DNA from: Chiloscyllium plagiosum
Lineage: Eukaryota
DNA: 64,000 nt
Reading direction: 5' to 3'
Assembly: GCF_004010195.1 (NCBI RefSeq)
Contig: NC_057718.1
Span: 37,258,337-37,322,336 of the forward strand
The notes beneath the pieces were generated by a model. That model did not search any database. It had not been told where the DNA came from and was given only the letters and a program-made list of their open reading frames with translations. The position numbers and the translations under genes are program-made. This document shows, one piece after another, positions 26,236-37,954 of the stretch (within the stretch, counting starts at the first letter, position 1; each line of letters starts with the position of its first letter).

Positions 26236-26939
26236 ACACGGTTATCCATCAAGCGCACATTACCTCGCTATTAGCGACTAATTAACAAATGCAATCATGT
26301 TTCAAATTCTGGAGGAGCCGGAAAGAGGCAAAACATAATAAATGTTTTGATTAGTGCGATAATTGATGAATGGTAACAAACGAAGGGCGCGCAAACCTGG
26401 ACATCATAAGGCAGCTTTTCATCCAGGTTATTCATTACTGTTGTCAGCAAATGTTACAGTTTACTCGCTGAAACGTCTGTTTAAAGTCAATGGGTCATGC
26501 GGGATAACTTACCACTTGCAAGCCTCATCCAGTCGGCAACATTTGAAGCCCACCGTATGATCTGGCTTATGTAACCATTCCCACCCCCGCTGAATCCTGT
26601 TTCCGAGTTTTTTTCCTAGTAGCGCCGATGCTATTATCGGGGAGCTCGAAGCAATAGCGCTTTAAGAAAAGGGAAAGCAGGAGTCGCTGTGCATTGAGGC
26701 TCACACATTGTAAAATAGTAGCGGTGCAAAAGGAATGTGTGATACTTTTCTCATGCCACTTTTTAATGCGCATTTTCTCAAATCTGTGAAGCAATTAATA
26801 GAAATGAAGTGTGCAAATAAATTAAAACAACATGTCTGTATGAAGCCTATTTCAAGGAGGACGTTTAAGCGCCCCATGGCTACTCTCAGTGTTATACAGT
26901 CCTTGCTGCTTCTTCAATTTTAACAAGTGGACTGTATAT

Positions 26940-27036
26940 GATTTTACTGCTCCTCGGATGCTGCCTGAACAGCTGTGGTCTTCCAGCACCACTAATCCAG
27001 AATCTGGTTTCCAGCATCTGCAGTCATTGTTTTTAT
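26940..27036 (+). mobile_element. Family-A Penelope terminal-repeat 3' part with TSD
   Basis: Near-identical to the reverse complement of 31451-31550; direct repeat ctgtatatga at 26932-26941 and 27037-27046. Confidence 0.85.
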
Positions 27037-29302
27037 CTGTATATGACATTTATAGAGAGAAACCTAATAGGAGTTTTCCTGCAAAACACCTGAATGAAGT
27101 GAAATAAAAAGAGAGAAAAACAGGAACCATGACTCTTCTTCGGAACAGATTTCTATTAACGGCAGGATTTTGCCTTTCTTCCATATGCGAAGTATAATGG
27201 ATTGATAAAGGAGAGTTTCACCATCTTCAGTCGAAGCAGAATTCCCTGAGCTTATGGTTTATCGGAAAAGAATCTAATATGGTATGGTGGAAAAGGAGAG
27301 TAAAGAGTAATTTGAATGAGCACTGACACATCATGTAAAGGAGGCTGAAGAATTCGGGTGAAGCGTCCACATTTCAAACCCTGAGCGTGTTTTTTTCTCT
27401 CTCTCTCCACACACGCTGGCTGCCAGTTTATTTTAGTGTTTGCTGCTTCTGTTTTTGTTTGTGTTTTCGCTTGGCTTCAACCCTTGTCTGAATCCAAATC
27501 ATTTTCTTGAATCACATCGGCGACTTACTTCCAAAGTCCCAAATTATTGTACAATATCGTTCTTGCACTTCCTTTTTCAGTCTGTCTTTGAGGCCTTCCT
27601 GTTAATTTTTAAAATTAACTCATAAATCGCTTTAAGGCGATTTCTGCACTATTTCCGACATTTTAAAACAAAATTTCTCTTGCCTTCTTTTCAAAGTTGC
27701 AGTTTACTGAGGTTAGATCTATTTTGATGGCACATTTTGCTTTACTGTGGTTAGGGTGGTACTATCGGAACAAGAAACACATTTGGTGACCGAAAGTGCA
27801 GAAATGATCTGCAATTAAGACATACGCCATCTACTGTTTCACGCTGTGGCCGGAGGGACTGACGAGAGCACTGAAAGTAATAAATCCAGCTCCTTTCAGA
27901 GCGGTGCCATTCCCACTGCTCCATTACCCACAGCAGACAACTTGTCGTGTAGACACAGAGCTCACGATGCATAACCGAGCTTCCAATGTTGACGCCCGCA
28001 TTAAAACACACCCCGGTCTAGCATAATCTCACCCCAGCGCTTTGTTTAATTCATATACACGATCTTGTATTCATATACAAAAGTCGACATGAAACGTGTT
28101 CGTTTTGAGTGTAACTTTTTAACGAATACGTCCGTTCATTTGGACAAATACAAAAGCAACCAATTAGATACCCTGCTCCCACCAACTGTTTTAGAAAAAA
28201 GGTTCAAAAATCATGTTTTGAATTCTTTTAAAACGAGTGAACAAAACCGAATATCTGGGTTTGGACATTATAGTTGGAAAATGTAGTTTCTGTTGTTGAG
28301 GAGTCAGTACCACATGACTGGGGATATATTCAGCCGGTGCGGTTTGATCAGTCAGGGTATATACAACATGCTTAGTCTTTATCTTGTGTTTCCAGACATT
28401 TTACTGAAGCAGGAAAGCAGCTCATCTTCCCCTTTGTTTCTATCTTTCTCGGTGATTTGTTCCTGATTGCAGGACTGATTGCAAAGATACATTTTACACA
28501 GGATTCGTTTCGGGAGTGACGCGCTGGCCTGTCTGTGTTATTCCATTTCCACCACAAACCATCCCTTCTAAACGTTCCAGGAACTGCCGAGCGCCAGGCC
28601 GCTCTGCAACATACACCGATCTAAATATTGAATGTGACAAATTTCAAACATGAGTCAATGTGACTGGTAATCTCGGTTCTGCACTGATCCGTGACAGGAG
28701 CTGGAAACGGTGCTAAGCAATCGGTGTCCTGGAGGGTAGCTCGAGGACGGCGAGTTATTGGACGAACCGAGCTTGACAGCAGTTTACAAATGCACCAAAT
28801 TTAGCACTGGATTGGGTTTCAGTCTTTCATCTGCCATGTATTCATAGACAAATTTAGGTGGCTCGTACATGAGACTGGGAGAGTCGGCTCTTTCTCCCGT
28901 TCAGCACAAGCAACTCGACTTGCTCAAAGTCACCAAACGCAGTTTTATCACAAAAGGCGATACCGTGAGATTGTCAGGTTGTACACTCTCAGCAACTTTA
29001 CAAGGCGACCGCTTGACGATACAGCTTGGATTGTAAATGTGGACGTTTAAAGAGCCTGTTACAGAGCCCCGTTACAGTTACAAAAGAAAGGTCAATTTGC
29101 TGACTCATTTCTTGCCAGAACGCAAGTTTCAAACTAAGACTTCAATGTTACGACTATTAAAGTTGATTCTGAGAACCTTTTCATTATCCATTCATTAATA
29201 ATGGATAATATTAATTATCCATTACACAAAAATGTACAACTTCCAAACGCCTGTAGGAAAGCGGTTGAGGTCAGGCGGTGCCGATGCTTTCCCGTGTTAA
29301 GA

Positions 29303-29390
29303 AGGTTAAAAATCACACAACACCAGGTCATAGTTCATCAGGTTTATTTGGAAGGACTAGTTTTTGAAGCGCTGCTCCTTCATCAGGCGG
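29303..29390 (-). mobile_element. Family-C Penelope terminal repeat with degenerate hammerhead
   Basis: Minus CTGATGA-A-GGAGC agc GCTTC-AAAA-ACTA, then ccaaataaacctg...gtgtgatttttaac; homologous to 48020-48135. Confidence 0.7.
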
Positions 29391-31099
29391 GATTGTCTGG
29401 TTCTGGAATTTCAGGTATAGTTGAATGCTAATCATTTGAAGAGCTCCGCGTTGGAATTAGCACTAAATTTTAAAACGATACCCACGCCCCCCTTCCGAAA
29501 CAGGGCATTATTTTCCAACCACCAGTTGGTAAAATGAGGAGCAGTAAGCATATTAAAATAGCCACACCACTCCATCCAATTACTGTTAAGACCTTAAGAA
29601 TCCCTCTAATCACAAGCACAATGCGCTTTATTAATACAGTGAATGAAAAAAAGGTTTAAAAATGTGTAAGTTGGTTCACTTTTCATCAGACGCCTTATTT
29701 TTGTCAACTTTAATATGTACACATTAATTAATTGTCGTTAACATATTGTGTATTCTTTTAGATTTCGGGGAGAAAAACGACTCTAAATAATTGTATGAAA
29801 TAATTGTTTTCTTTCAATAATTAAAGACGAACATATTACAGCCGAAAAGGCGGCAGTCTCGAGATCCGAAGATCCAGCTTTTACATTGACTGCTTTTCCG
29901 TTTCAATTGATACAGTCAGAAGTGTTGGTTTAGAAATATTCTGTTACGCCGTCCAACGGATCTGCTCCACTGATAGAGCGGTGGTTGAAAATCGCTATTG
30001 TGAGAGATATGAGCGAAAAGCTTAATGTGCTGCGGGATAAAACTGCGGTTATAATTCATGACATTGCGACGTCCGTTTGCAGCATATCACAGAGAGATTT
30101 TAGGAAGTAGTTTTCTGTTGCAGTCTGGGCAGAAAGTGAGGTAAGGTGAAGAGGAGCTCTCCCAATTGTTGTATTGAACCTTCGAAGCGGGTTGTAAAAA
30201 CAGTTGTGGGATACGATTGTTTTAATCTTTGTTTAAACACATCGTGTTGCCTTTCCCAAAACTAGTTACTCCAAAACAGCATTTTTTTTGTAGCCAGTGT
30301 AGTACTTGTCAAACAAACATCATTAGTCTGACATCATTTAATTTACAGGATGGGCGACTTGAAGTGTGGTCCTTTTCCATGCCTTAATTGAAGTTATGTC
30401 TGCCCCTGGCTTTATCTAATATTTATTATTTCAAGCCGAAATTAAAAATGCAATTGCACGACATTGTGTAAACGGGAAGGGCACCAGACGTTGATGCAGT
30501 ATCTAGAAGTCATCAACAAATTTGTTTGGCTAGTTACCGAGCATAATTGGAAGATTATGTTCATGTTTTTCGTCACTGTCAATTTTTCCATCAGCAGTCT
30601 TACGGATTGTGTGTGAAACCATCAAGCTGTATGCATTTTTTTTAACCTGTGCATTATCAGCTCCAGCTCCAACCCCAATAGCAACTTATAGCCTGGTTGG
30701 GTTTGTCCCTAGCCTCTTTTTTTACAAGTCCCGCCTCGTACAATACAGTGTGCAGGAATTTCTGTCAAAAGCTCGGGTCCAAAATATATTCGCCTCAAAA
30801 TAATTTACAAGAGCAGCCGATTCTTCATGGATAATCAGAGATCTGAAGATTCTTCTGATTTTTCATTAATCTGTCCCTTCAAAACCAATCCTCCGGGTTC
30901 TTCCTGTGTGGCAGTGGGTTGAACAGGTATGACTGGAAGGTCATGGCTGAGGGAACTTTCCTCAGATTGGCCGGTTCCCTGAGACTGGGTTATCGCGCCT
31001 CTAAACAGTGAGCGAATACTGATTGATTCCGTCTAGACAGGTTTGCAGCTGTCATTGCCAGTTCTGCAGTGAGGTGAATGTTAACATTCACGTACAGCT

Positions 31100-31200
31100 T
31101 GCAAACCAAAAACACTGCAGATGCAGACAATCTGAAACCCCAAACAGTAAACAGTGCTGAAAATGCTCAGCACATTGGCCTGCTGGTCTGGGAAAGGCGG
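31100..31200 (-). mobile_element. Eroded Penelope terminal-repeat tail
   Basis: actgcagatgc...aatctgaaa...tgctgaaaatgctcagca resembles 50468-50560. Confidence 0.5.
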
Positions 31201-31451
31201 CGTCTGTATGTGTGTGGACTCAGGAAGATGTGGGGATGGACAATATGGAGATTTGACGCCAAATCTGTGTAATATTGCAGGCAAGTAAGACTTTAAGTAA
31301 CGTTTCCCAAGTAAAATGCAAAACAAAAAATGGTTGAAATGCTCGGGAAGCGGACAGAGCTTCGTTTGAAGTAGACATTTGACCGTCAGCGAGAAGATGT
31401 TTTATTATTTCAGTGAAGAAGTGGAGCGAGTGGACTGCACCAACAATGCGG

Positions 31452-32006
31452 TAAAAACAATGACTGCAGATGCTGGAAACCAGATTCTGGATCAATGGTG
31501 CTGGAAGAGCACAGCACTTCAGGCAGCATCCGAGGAGCTTCAGCAGAATCGACGTTTCGGGCAAAAGCCCTTCATCAGGAATAAAGGCAGAGAGCCTGAA
31601 GCGTGGAGAGATAAGCTAGAGGAGGGTGGGGGTGGGGAGAGAGTAGCATAGAGTACAATAGGTGAGTGGGGGAGGAGATGAAGGTGATAGGTCAGGGAGG
31701 AGAGGGTGGAGTGGATAGGTGGAAAAGGAGCTAGGCAGGTCGGACAAGTCCGGACAAGTCAAGGGGCACGACATGGTTGAAGAGCTTCAGGGCAGAGGAA
31801 ATGACCTGGGAGTTGCAGTGGGAGAGGGACACCCTGAGATTCTTGTAGAGAGAGGAGGAAAACTTCTTCAAGGCAGGCATCCTTGCAAGAGGATTCGCAG
31901 TAGGGTTAAAATCAACGAGGTAAAAACAATGACTGCAGATGCTGGAAACCAGATTCTGGGTCAATGGTGCTGGAAGAGCACAGCAGTTCAGGCAGCATCC
32001 GAGGTT
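31452..32006 (-). mobile_element. Non-autonomous Penelope-derived element, partial tandem (469-bp period), intact hammerhead, 15-16-bp TSD
   Basis: TSD tgcaccaacaatgcg(g) at 31436-31451 and 32007-32022; direct repeat 31451-31535 / 31920-32004. Confidence 0.88.
31547..31582 (-). ncRNA. Minimal type-I hammerhead ribozyme (Penelope type)
   Basis: Minus: ATTC-CTGATGA-A-GGGC TTTT GCCC-GAAA-C-GTC^GATT. Complete core, perfect stem II, palindromic ACGT stem III. Predicted cut between 31551 and 31550. Confidence 0.8.
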
Positions 32007-33649
32007 TGCACCAACAATGCGGCAAGTCTTACACCTAAACAAATATCGGGACTGATTACAGGTCAGACTTGTTGTTATTCACCATCTTCCCTCCATCATA
32101 AGGCCAGAGATGGAGATGTTCACCGACTATCGCACATTAGGGGAGGCGATCGTATTATCTCTGGACTATTAATCCAGTTTCTCAGCCAATGTCCTGGATT
32201 CAAATCCCGCCACGGTGGAATCTGAATTCAATATCTCGAATTAAGAATCTAATGATTGACAAAACCATTATTGATTTTCAGGGGAAAACCTCAGCTGGTT
32301 CACTTAGGGAACTAAATCTGCCATCCTCACTTCCGAAATGCCTCAATTCTAACAATCGCTAAATAGCCTCAACAAAGAAATGAAACTGACATGGGCTACC
32401 AGACATGGACCTGAGCACCTGAAACTGCAAAAGTAGTCCTGTCCACCTTACAAACATTTGGGGCTAGTGCCAACATTGGGAGAGCTGCCTCACAGAATAG
32501 TCAAACATCAGCCTGATATAATCATAGTCACAAAATCATACCTTACAGGCAATTTTGCAGACATCAACATCATCATCTCTGGATATATCCTGTCACACAA
32601 GCAGGACAGAGGTGGTGGCATAGTGGGGCATAAAATTGATAGAACGTTGTCCTGGGAATCCTCAATATTGGATCCCATGTCTCAGAGCAAGGAAATCTCC
32701 TGCTGATTACCATGCACCATCTTCCCTCCACTGATAAATCAGTCCTCCTCCACATTGAAAAACACTTAAAGGAATCACTGAGGGTGCAAGATGTACTCCA
32801 GGTGGGAGATTTCAGTGACCACCAACAAGAGTGGCTCAACAGCAACAGTAATGATTGAGTTGGTTGGGTCCTAAAGGACTATCTGCTAGACTGGGTCAGC
32901 AGTAGGTGGTGAGGGAACCAACAAGATGGAAAAGCAAACTTAACCTCACCCTTACCAATCCACCAGCTACAGTTGCATCTGTCCATGAGAGAAAGAATAT
33001 CAGTAAGAGTGAACACTGCACAGTTCCTGTGGAGACAAATACCCTCTATCGTGTTGTGTGGCATTATCACTATGCTAAAAGTGACAGGCTTTGAACAGAT
33101 TTAGCAACTTGACTGGGCATCTAGGAGGTGCTGTGGGCCAACAACAGCAGCAGAATCATCCTGCAACACAATTTGCAACCTCATGATCTGGAATACCCCC
33201 ACTCAACCATTGCCATCAAGCCAGTGGATCAACCCTGATTAATAGAGAGTGAAAGGGGGTGCATGTCAGGATCGGCACCAAGCATCTCTGAAGATGAGGT
33301 GTCAACCTGGTGAAGCTAAGAGAAAAGGACTACTTGTCTGCCAAACTGCATAAGCAGCAAGTGATAGATGGAGCAAAGCAATCTCACAACCAATGGATCA
33401 GATTTAAGTTCTGCAGTCCTGCCATATCTAGTCGCGGATGATAATGGACAATTAAACAACTCACTGGAGGAGAATGCTCCAAAAGTAACCTCATCCTCAA
33501 TGATGAGGGAGCACAGCACATCAGTGCAGAAGATAAGGCTGAAGCATTTATATCAGTCTTCAACCAGAAGCATCGAGGGGATGATCCATCTTGGTCCCCT
33601 CCAGTTGTTCCCAGTATTATAGATTCCAGTTTTCAGCCAATTCAATTCA

Positions 33650-35171
33650 ATAGACAATAGACATGTGCAAGGCAAAAAAATGGTTAGGACAAAAATTGGG
33701 CCCTTGAAGACAGAAATAGGGGAATATATTACTAGGAACAAAGAAATGGCAGAGGAATNNNNNNNNNNNNNNNNNNNNNNNNNNNNNNNNNNNNNNNNNN
33801 NNNNNNNNNNNNNNNNNNNNNNNNNNNNNNNNNNNNNNNNNNNNNNNNNNNNNNNNNNNNNNNNNNNNNNNNNNNNNNNNNNNNNNNNNNNNNNNNNNNN
33901 NNNNNNNNNNNNNNNNNNNNNNNNNNNNNNNNNNNNNNNNNNNNNNNNNNNNNNNNNNNNNNNNNNNNNNNNNNNNNNNNNNNNNNNNNNNNNNNNNNNN
34001 NNNNNNNNNNNNNNNNNNNNNNNNNNNNNNNNNNNNNNNNNNNNNNNNNNNNNNNNNNNNNNNNNNNNNNNNNNNNNNNNNNNNNNNNNNNNNNNNNNNN
34101 NNNNNNNNNNNNNNNNNNNNNNNNNNNNNNNNNNNNNNNNNNNNNNNNNNNNNNNNNNNNNNNNNNNNNNNNNNNNNNNNNNNNNNNNNNNNNNNNNNNN
34201 NNNNNNNNNNNNNNNNNNNNNNNNNNNNNNNNNNNNNNNNNNNNNNNNNNNNNNNNNNNNNNNNNNNNNNNNNNNNNNNNNNNNNNNNNNNNNNNNNNNN
34301 NNNNNNNNNNNNNNNNNNNNNNNNNNNNNNNNNNNNNNNNNNNNNNNNNNNNNNNNNNNNNNNNNNNNNNNNNNNNNNNNNNNNNNNNNNNNNNNNNNNN
34401 NNNNNNNNNNNNNNNNNNNNNNNNNNNNNNNNNNNNNNNNNNNNNNNNNNNNNNNNNNNGTAAAGGGGCAGTACCGAGAGATCTGGGTGTTCTTGTACAC
34501 CAGCAGGTAGTGAAGGCTAATAGCATGCTGGCCTTCATAACAAGAGGAATTGAGTATAGTAGCAAAGAGGTGCTTCTGCAGCTGTTCAGGGCCCTGGTGA
34601 GACCACACCTGGAGTACTGTGTGCAGTTCTGGTCTCCAACTTTGAGAAAAGACATTCTGGCTATTGAGGGAGTGCAGCGTAGATTCACGAGGTCAATTCC
34701 CGGAATGGCGGGACTATCTTACGTTGAAAGATTGGAGCGACTGGGCTTGTATACCCTTGAGTTTAGAAGACTGAGAGTGGATCTGATTGAGACGTATAAG
34801 ATTATTAAAGGATTGGACACTCTGGAGGCAGGAAACATGTTTCCGCTGATGGGTGAGTGCCGAACTAGAGGACACAGCTTAAAAATACGGGGTAGACCTT
34901 TTAGGACAAAGATGAGGAGAAACTTCTTCACCCAGAGAGTGGTGGCTGTGTGGAATGCTCTGCCACAGGGGGCAGTGGAGGCCCACTCTCTGGATTCATT
35001 TAAGAAGGAGTTGGATAGAGCTCTCAAAGATAGTGGAATCAAGGGTTATGGAGATAAGGCAGGAACAGGATACTGATTAGGAATGATCAGCCATGATTAT
35101 ATTGAATGGCGGTGCAGGCTCGAAGGGCTGAATGGCCTACTCCTGCACCTACTGTCTATTGTCTATTGTCT
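33650..35171 (+). mobile_element. Young CR1 LINE nested in the older LINE (spans the gap)
   Basis: Uninterrupted 188-aa ORF2 C-terminus (34510-35076: ALVRPHLEYCVQFWSP...RRNFFTQRVV), 3' UTR, (tgtctat)n tail; TSD aattcaattca at 33639-33649 and 35172-35182. Confidence 0.9.
33759..34459. other. Assembly gap (701 N)
   Basis: Run of n. Confidence 1.
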
Positions 35172-36489
35172 AATTCAATTCACTCTAAATAATATCAGGA
35201 AATGACTGGAGACACTGGATACTGCAAATCATATGGCCAAGACAACATTCTGTCAATAGTATTGAAGAGTTGTCCTCCAGAATTTGCCACCTGCCTAGCC
35301 AAGCTCTTCCAGTACAACTACAAGACTGGCATCTTCCTGACAATATGGAAAATTGTCCAGCTATGTTCTGTACATAAAGAGTAGGACAAATGCTGTCCAG
35401 CCAACTACAACCCATCAGTCTACTCTTGATCATCACTAAAGTGATGGAAGGTGTCATCAACAGTACTATCAAGCAGCACTTGCTCATAATAACCTGCTCA
35501 CTGAAGCCCAGTTTGGTTTCTGCCAGGGTCAATCAGCTTCTGATCTCATTACAGCCTTGGTTCAAACATGGACAAAAGAACTGAATTCCAGAGATGAGTT
35601 GAGAGTGACAGCCTTTGATATCAAGGCTGTCTTCGACCAAGTATGGCATTAAGGAGCCCGAGCAAAACTGGAACCTATGGGTATCAAGGGGAAAACTCTC
35701 TGCTGGTTGGAGCCTTATCTTCCACTTAGGAAGATGGTTGTGGTTGTTGGAAGACAATCATCTCAGCTCCTGGACATCTCTGTAGGAGTACCTCAGGGTA
35801 TATCAGAGGCCCAACCATCTTCAACTGCTTTATCAATGACCTGCCCTCCATCATAAGGTCAGAAGTGGGGATGTTCACCAATGATTGCACAATGTTTGGC
35901 ACCATTTGCGACTCCTTAGACACTGAAGCAGTCTGAAGCAGAAATGGAACAAGATCTGGACAATATCTAGGCTTGGGCAGACAAGCGGCAAATAACATTT
36001 GCACCACACAACTGTCAGGCAGTAACATCTAACCACCGCCTGTTGACATTCATTGGCATTACCACCACTAAATCCCCCACAATTAATATCCTGGAGGTTA
36101 CAACCGATGAGAAATTCAACTAGACTTGACATATTAATGCAGTCGTAACAAGAACAGGTAACAGGCTAGGAATACTGCAGGAAGTAACTCACCTTCTGAA
36201 TCCCAAAATCCACCATCTACAAGGCATGAATCAGGCATGTGATGCAATACACCCAACTTGCCTGGATGGATGCAACTCCAAGAACACTCAAGAAGCTTAA
36301 CACAATCTGTGACAAGACTGTTGCTTGGTTGACAACAGGGCCACAAGCAAACACTCCCTATACTACGGATGTTGAGTAGCATTAGTGTGTACTATCTACA
36401 AGATGTACTGAAGAAATTTGCCAAAATCTTTAGACAGTGCCTTCCAAGTCCATGAACACTTCTATCTGGAAGGACATAGGCAGTAGACA

Positions 36490-37800
36490 AATTCTACATC
36501 CACTGGTTCCCTTTTGTCAGCATGTCTTACTTCTTCAAAGAACTACAAAGACTCCAAAAAATGTTGACTCTGCCTGATTACCTTGAGTTTATCTAAGTGC
36601 CCAGTTATAACATCTTTAGCAATAGCTTCTAACATTTTTCCTATGACAGATTTTAAGTTAACTGCAGTTGCCTTCCTTCTCCCTGTGTTTTGAGTAAAGG
36701 AATTAGCCATTTTCCAATCTATTGGAACCTACCCTGAATCGAAGGAATTTTGGAAAATGTGAACCAACGCATCAAAATTTAGTGAACCACTCCTTTTAAG
36801 ACCATAATATGAAGTCCATCAGGAAGCAGTCCGTCAGCTGCAGCTCAGTACCACCTAATTTTCCTGAGGTTCCCATCTTTTCTCCATTTCCTGATTTAAA
36901 AGAGAAGAACTTAGATAAATGAAATGGGGTTACTATAGATTAAAAAAATACTTGTGGAAAGGTTGTTGAATCTCAAAGTGAATCAGTGCCACATACAGAT
37001 GGAAAGCATCATTGAATAGTAAAGGAAGTAAGACAGGAAATAGCAAAGGATTTGACCACAATCTTTCAATCACCTCTGGAAATGGAAGTTGTGTTTGAGT
37101 ACTGGAGGATTAAAATATCACACCCTTGTTCATTGAGGGAGAAGAAGTTAAACCAAGCAACTCTGAACCAATTAGTCTAATGTGGATAATGGTTAAAGCT
37201 TCCAGACACCTAAATTACAACAAAATCAGTATTCACTTAAAAAGACAGCTAAGGACAACCAGTACAAAAATGTGAAAGGGAAAATGATCTCAGAGAAACT
37301 TAATATAATTCTTAAGGAAATAATTGAGCTCACTGCTAAAACAGAAATGCAATGGATGTATGCAAATGGATATTTAAATGTATTTCATTAAATGTTTGAA
37401 AAGAACATATGAACAAGGAGCAGGAGTAAACTACTCAGCCTATCTCGCCTGCTCTGCCATTCAATACGAGCATGGCTGATCTGATTTAATCCTCACTCTA
37501 CATCCTGTATATCCTCAATAATCTTGCATCCCCTTGGTAAACAAGAAGCTGTCTGCCTCTGCCTCTGCCTTAAAAATACTTAAAGATTCTGCATTAATGC
37601 CTTTTAAGGAAGGGAGTTCTGAAAACACAACCATCTGAGTAGAAAAAAATTCTCTTTTCTATCTTAAATGGCTGACCCCTTATTTTTAAACAATGACCCC
37701 TAGTTTTACATTGACCCACAAGAGGAAACATCATTTTGACTCCACCCAGCCCAATCCCCTCAGGAAATAATGTATTTCAATGAAGTCATTTTCATTCAAT
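36490..37800. mobile_element. Mosaic of old CR1 fragments in both orientations
   Basis: Minus RT remnant 36490-36900, plus remnant 36920-37400, minus 3' end 37405-37790 (gaacatatgaacaaggagcaggagta). Confidence 0.65.
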
Positions 37801-37954
37801 CAATTAAAGAGGTTTGTGGTCAAAATTAAAATGTATTTTTAAATATTATGGCAATGCATATAATATTAATATTATCATGTAAAGTAAGATTTTATAACAA
37901 TACAATGCTATATCAGAGGGTAAGAGATTGTGCAACCTTAGTATATGGCCATAA

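Larger units (their letters stand above)
32145..36490 (+). mobile_element. Degenerate near-full-length CR1/L2-group LINE (SINE-like head, APE, RT), interrupted by a younger CR1
   Basis: APE NIWGLVPTLGEL...QPDIIIVTKSYL and VGDF; RT PISLLLIITKVMEGVIN, FDIKAVFD, GVPQG, FINDLPSIIRSEVGMFTNDC; many frameshifts. Confidence 0.85.

Noticed and set aside
31451..32004. LTR retrotransposon, TRIM or CRISPR-like direct repeats
   Set aside because: No TG..CA termini or PBS, a long TSD, and only two unequal repeats. The hammerhead indicates a Penelope-type repeat.
33553..34688. Long ORFs of 281-351 aa
   Set aside because: Artefacts of the N gap.
34510..35076. 188-aa ORF as a host gene
   Set aside because: CR1 ORF2 C-terminus, followed by a CR1 3' UTR and tail.
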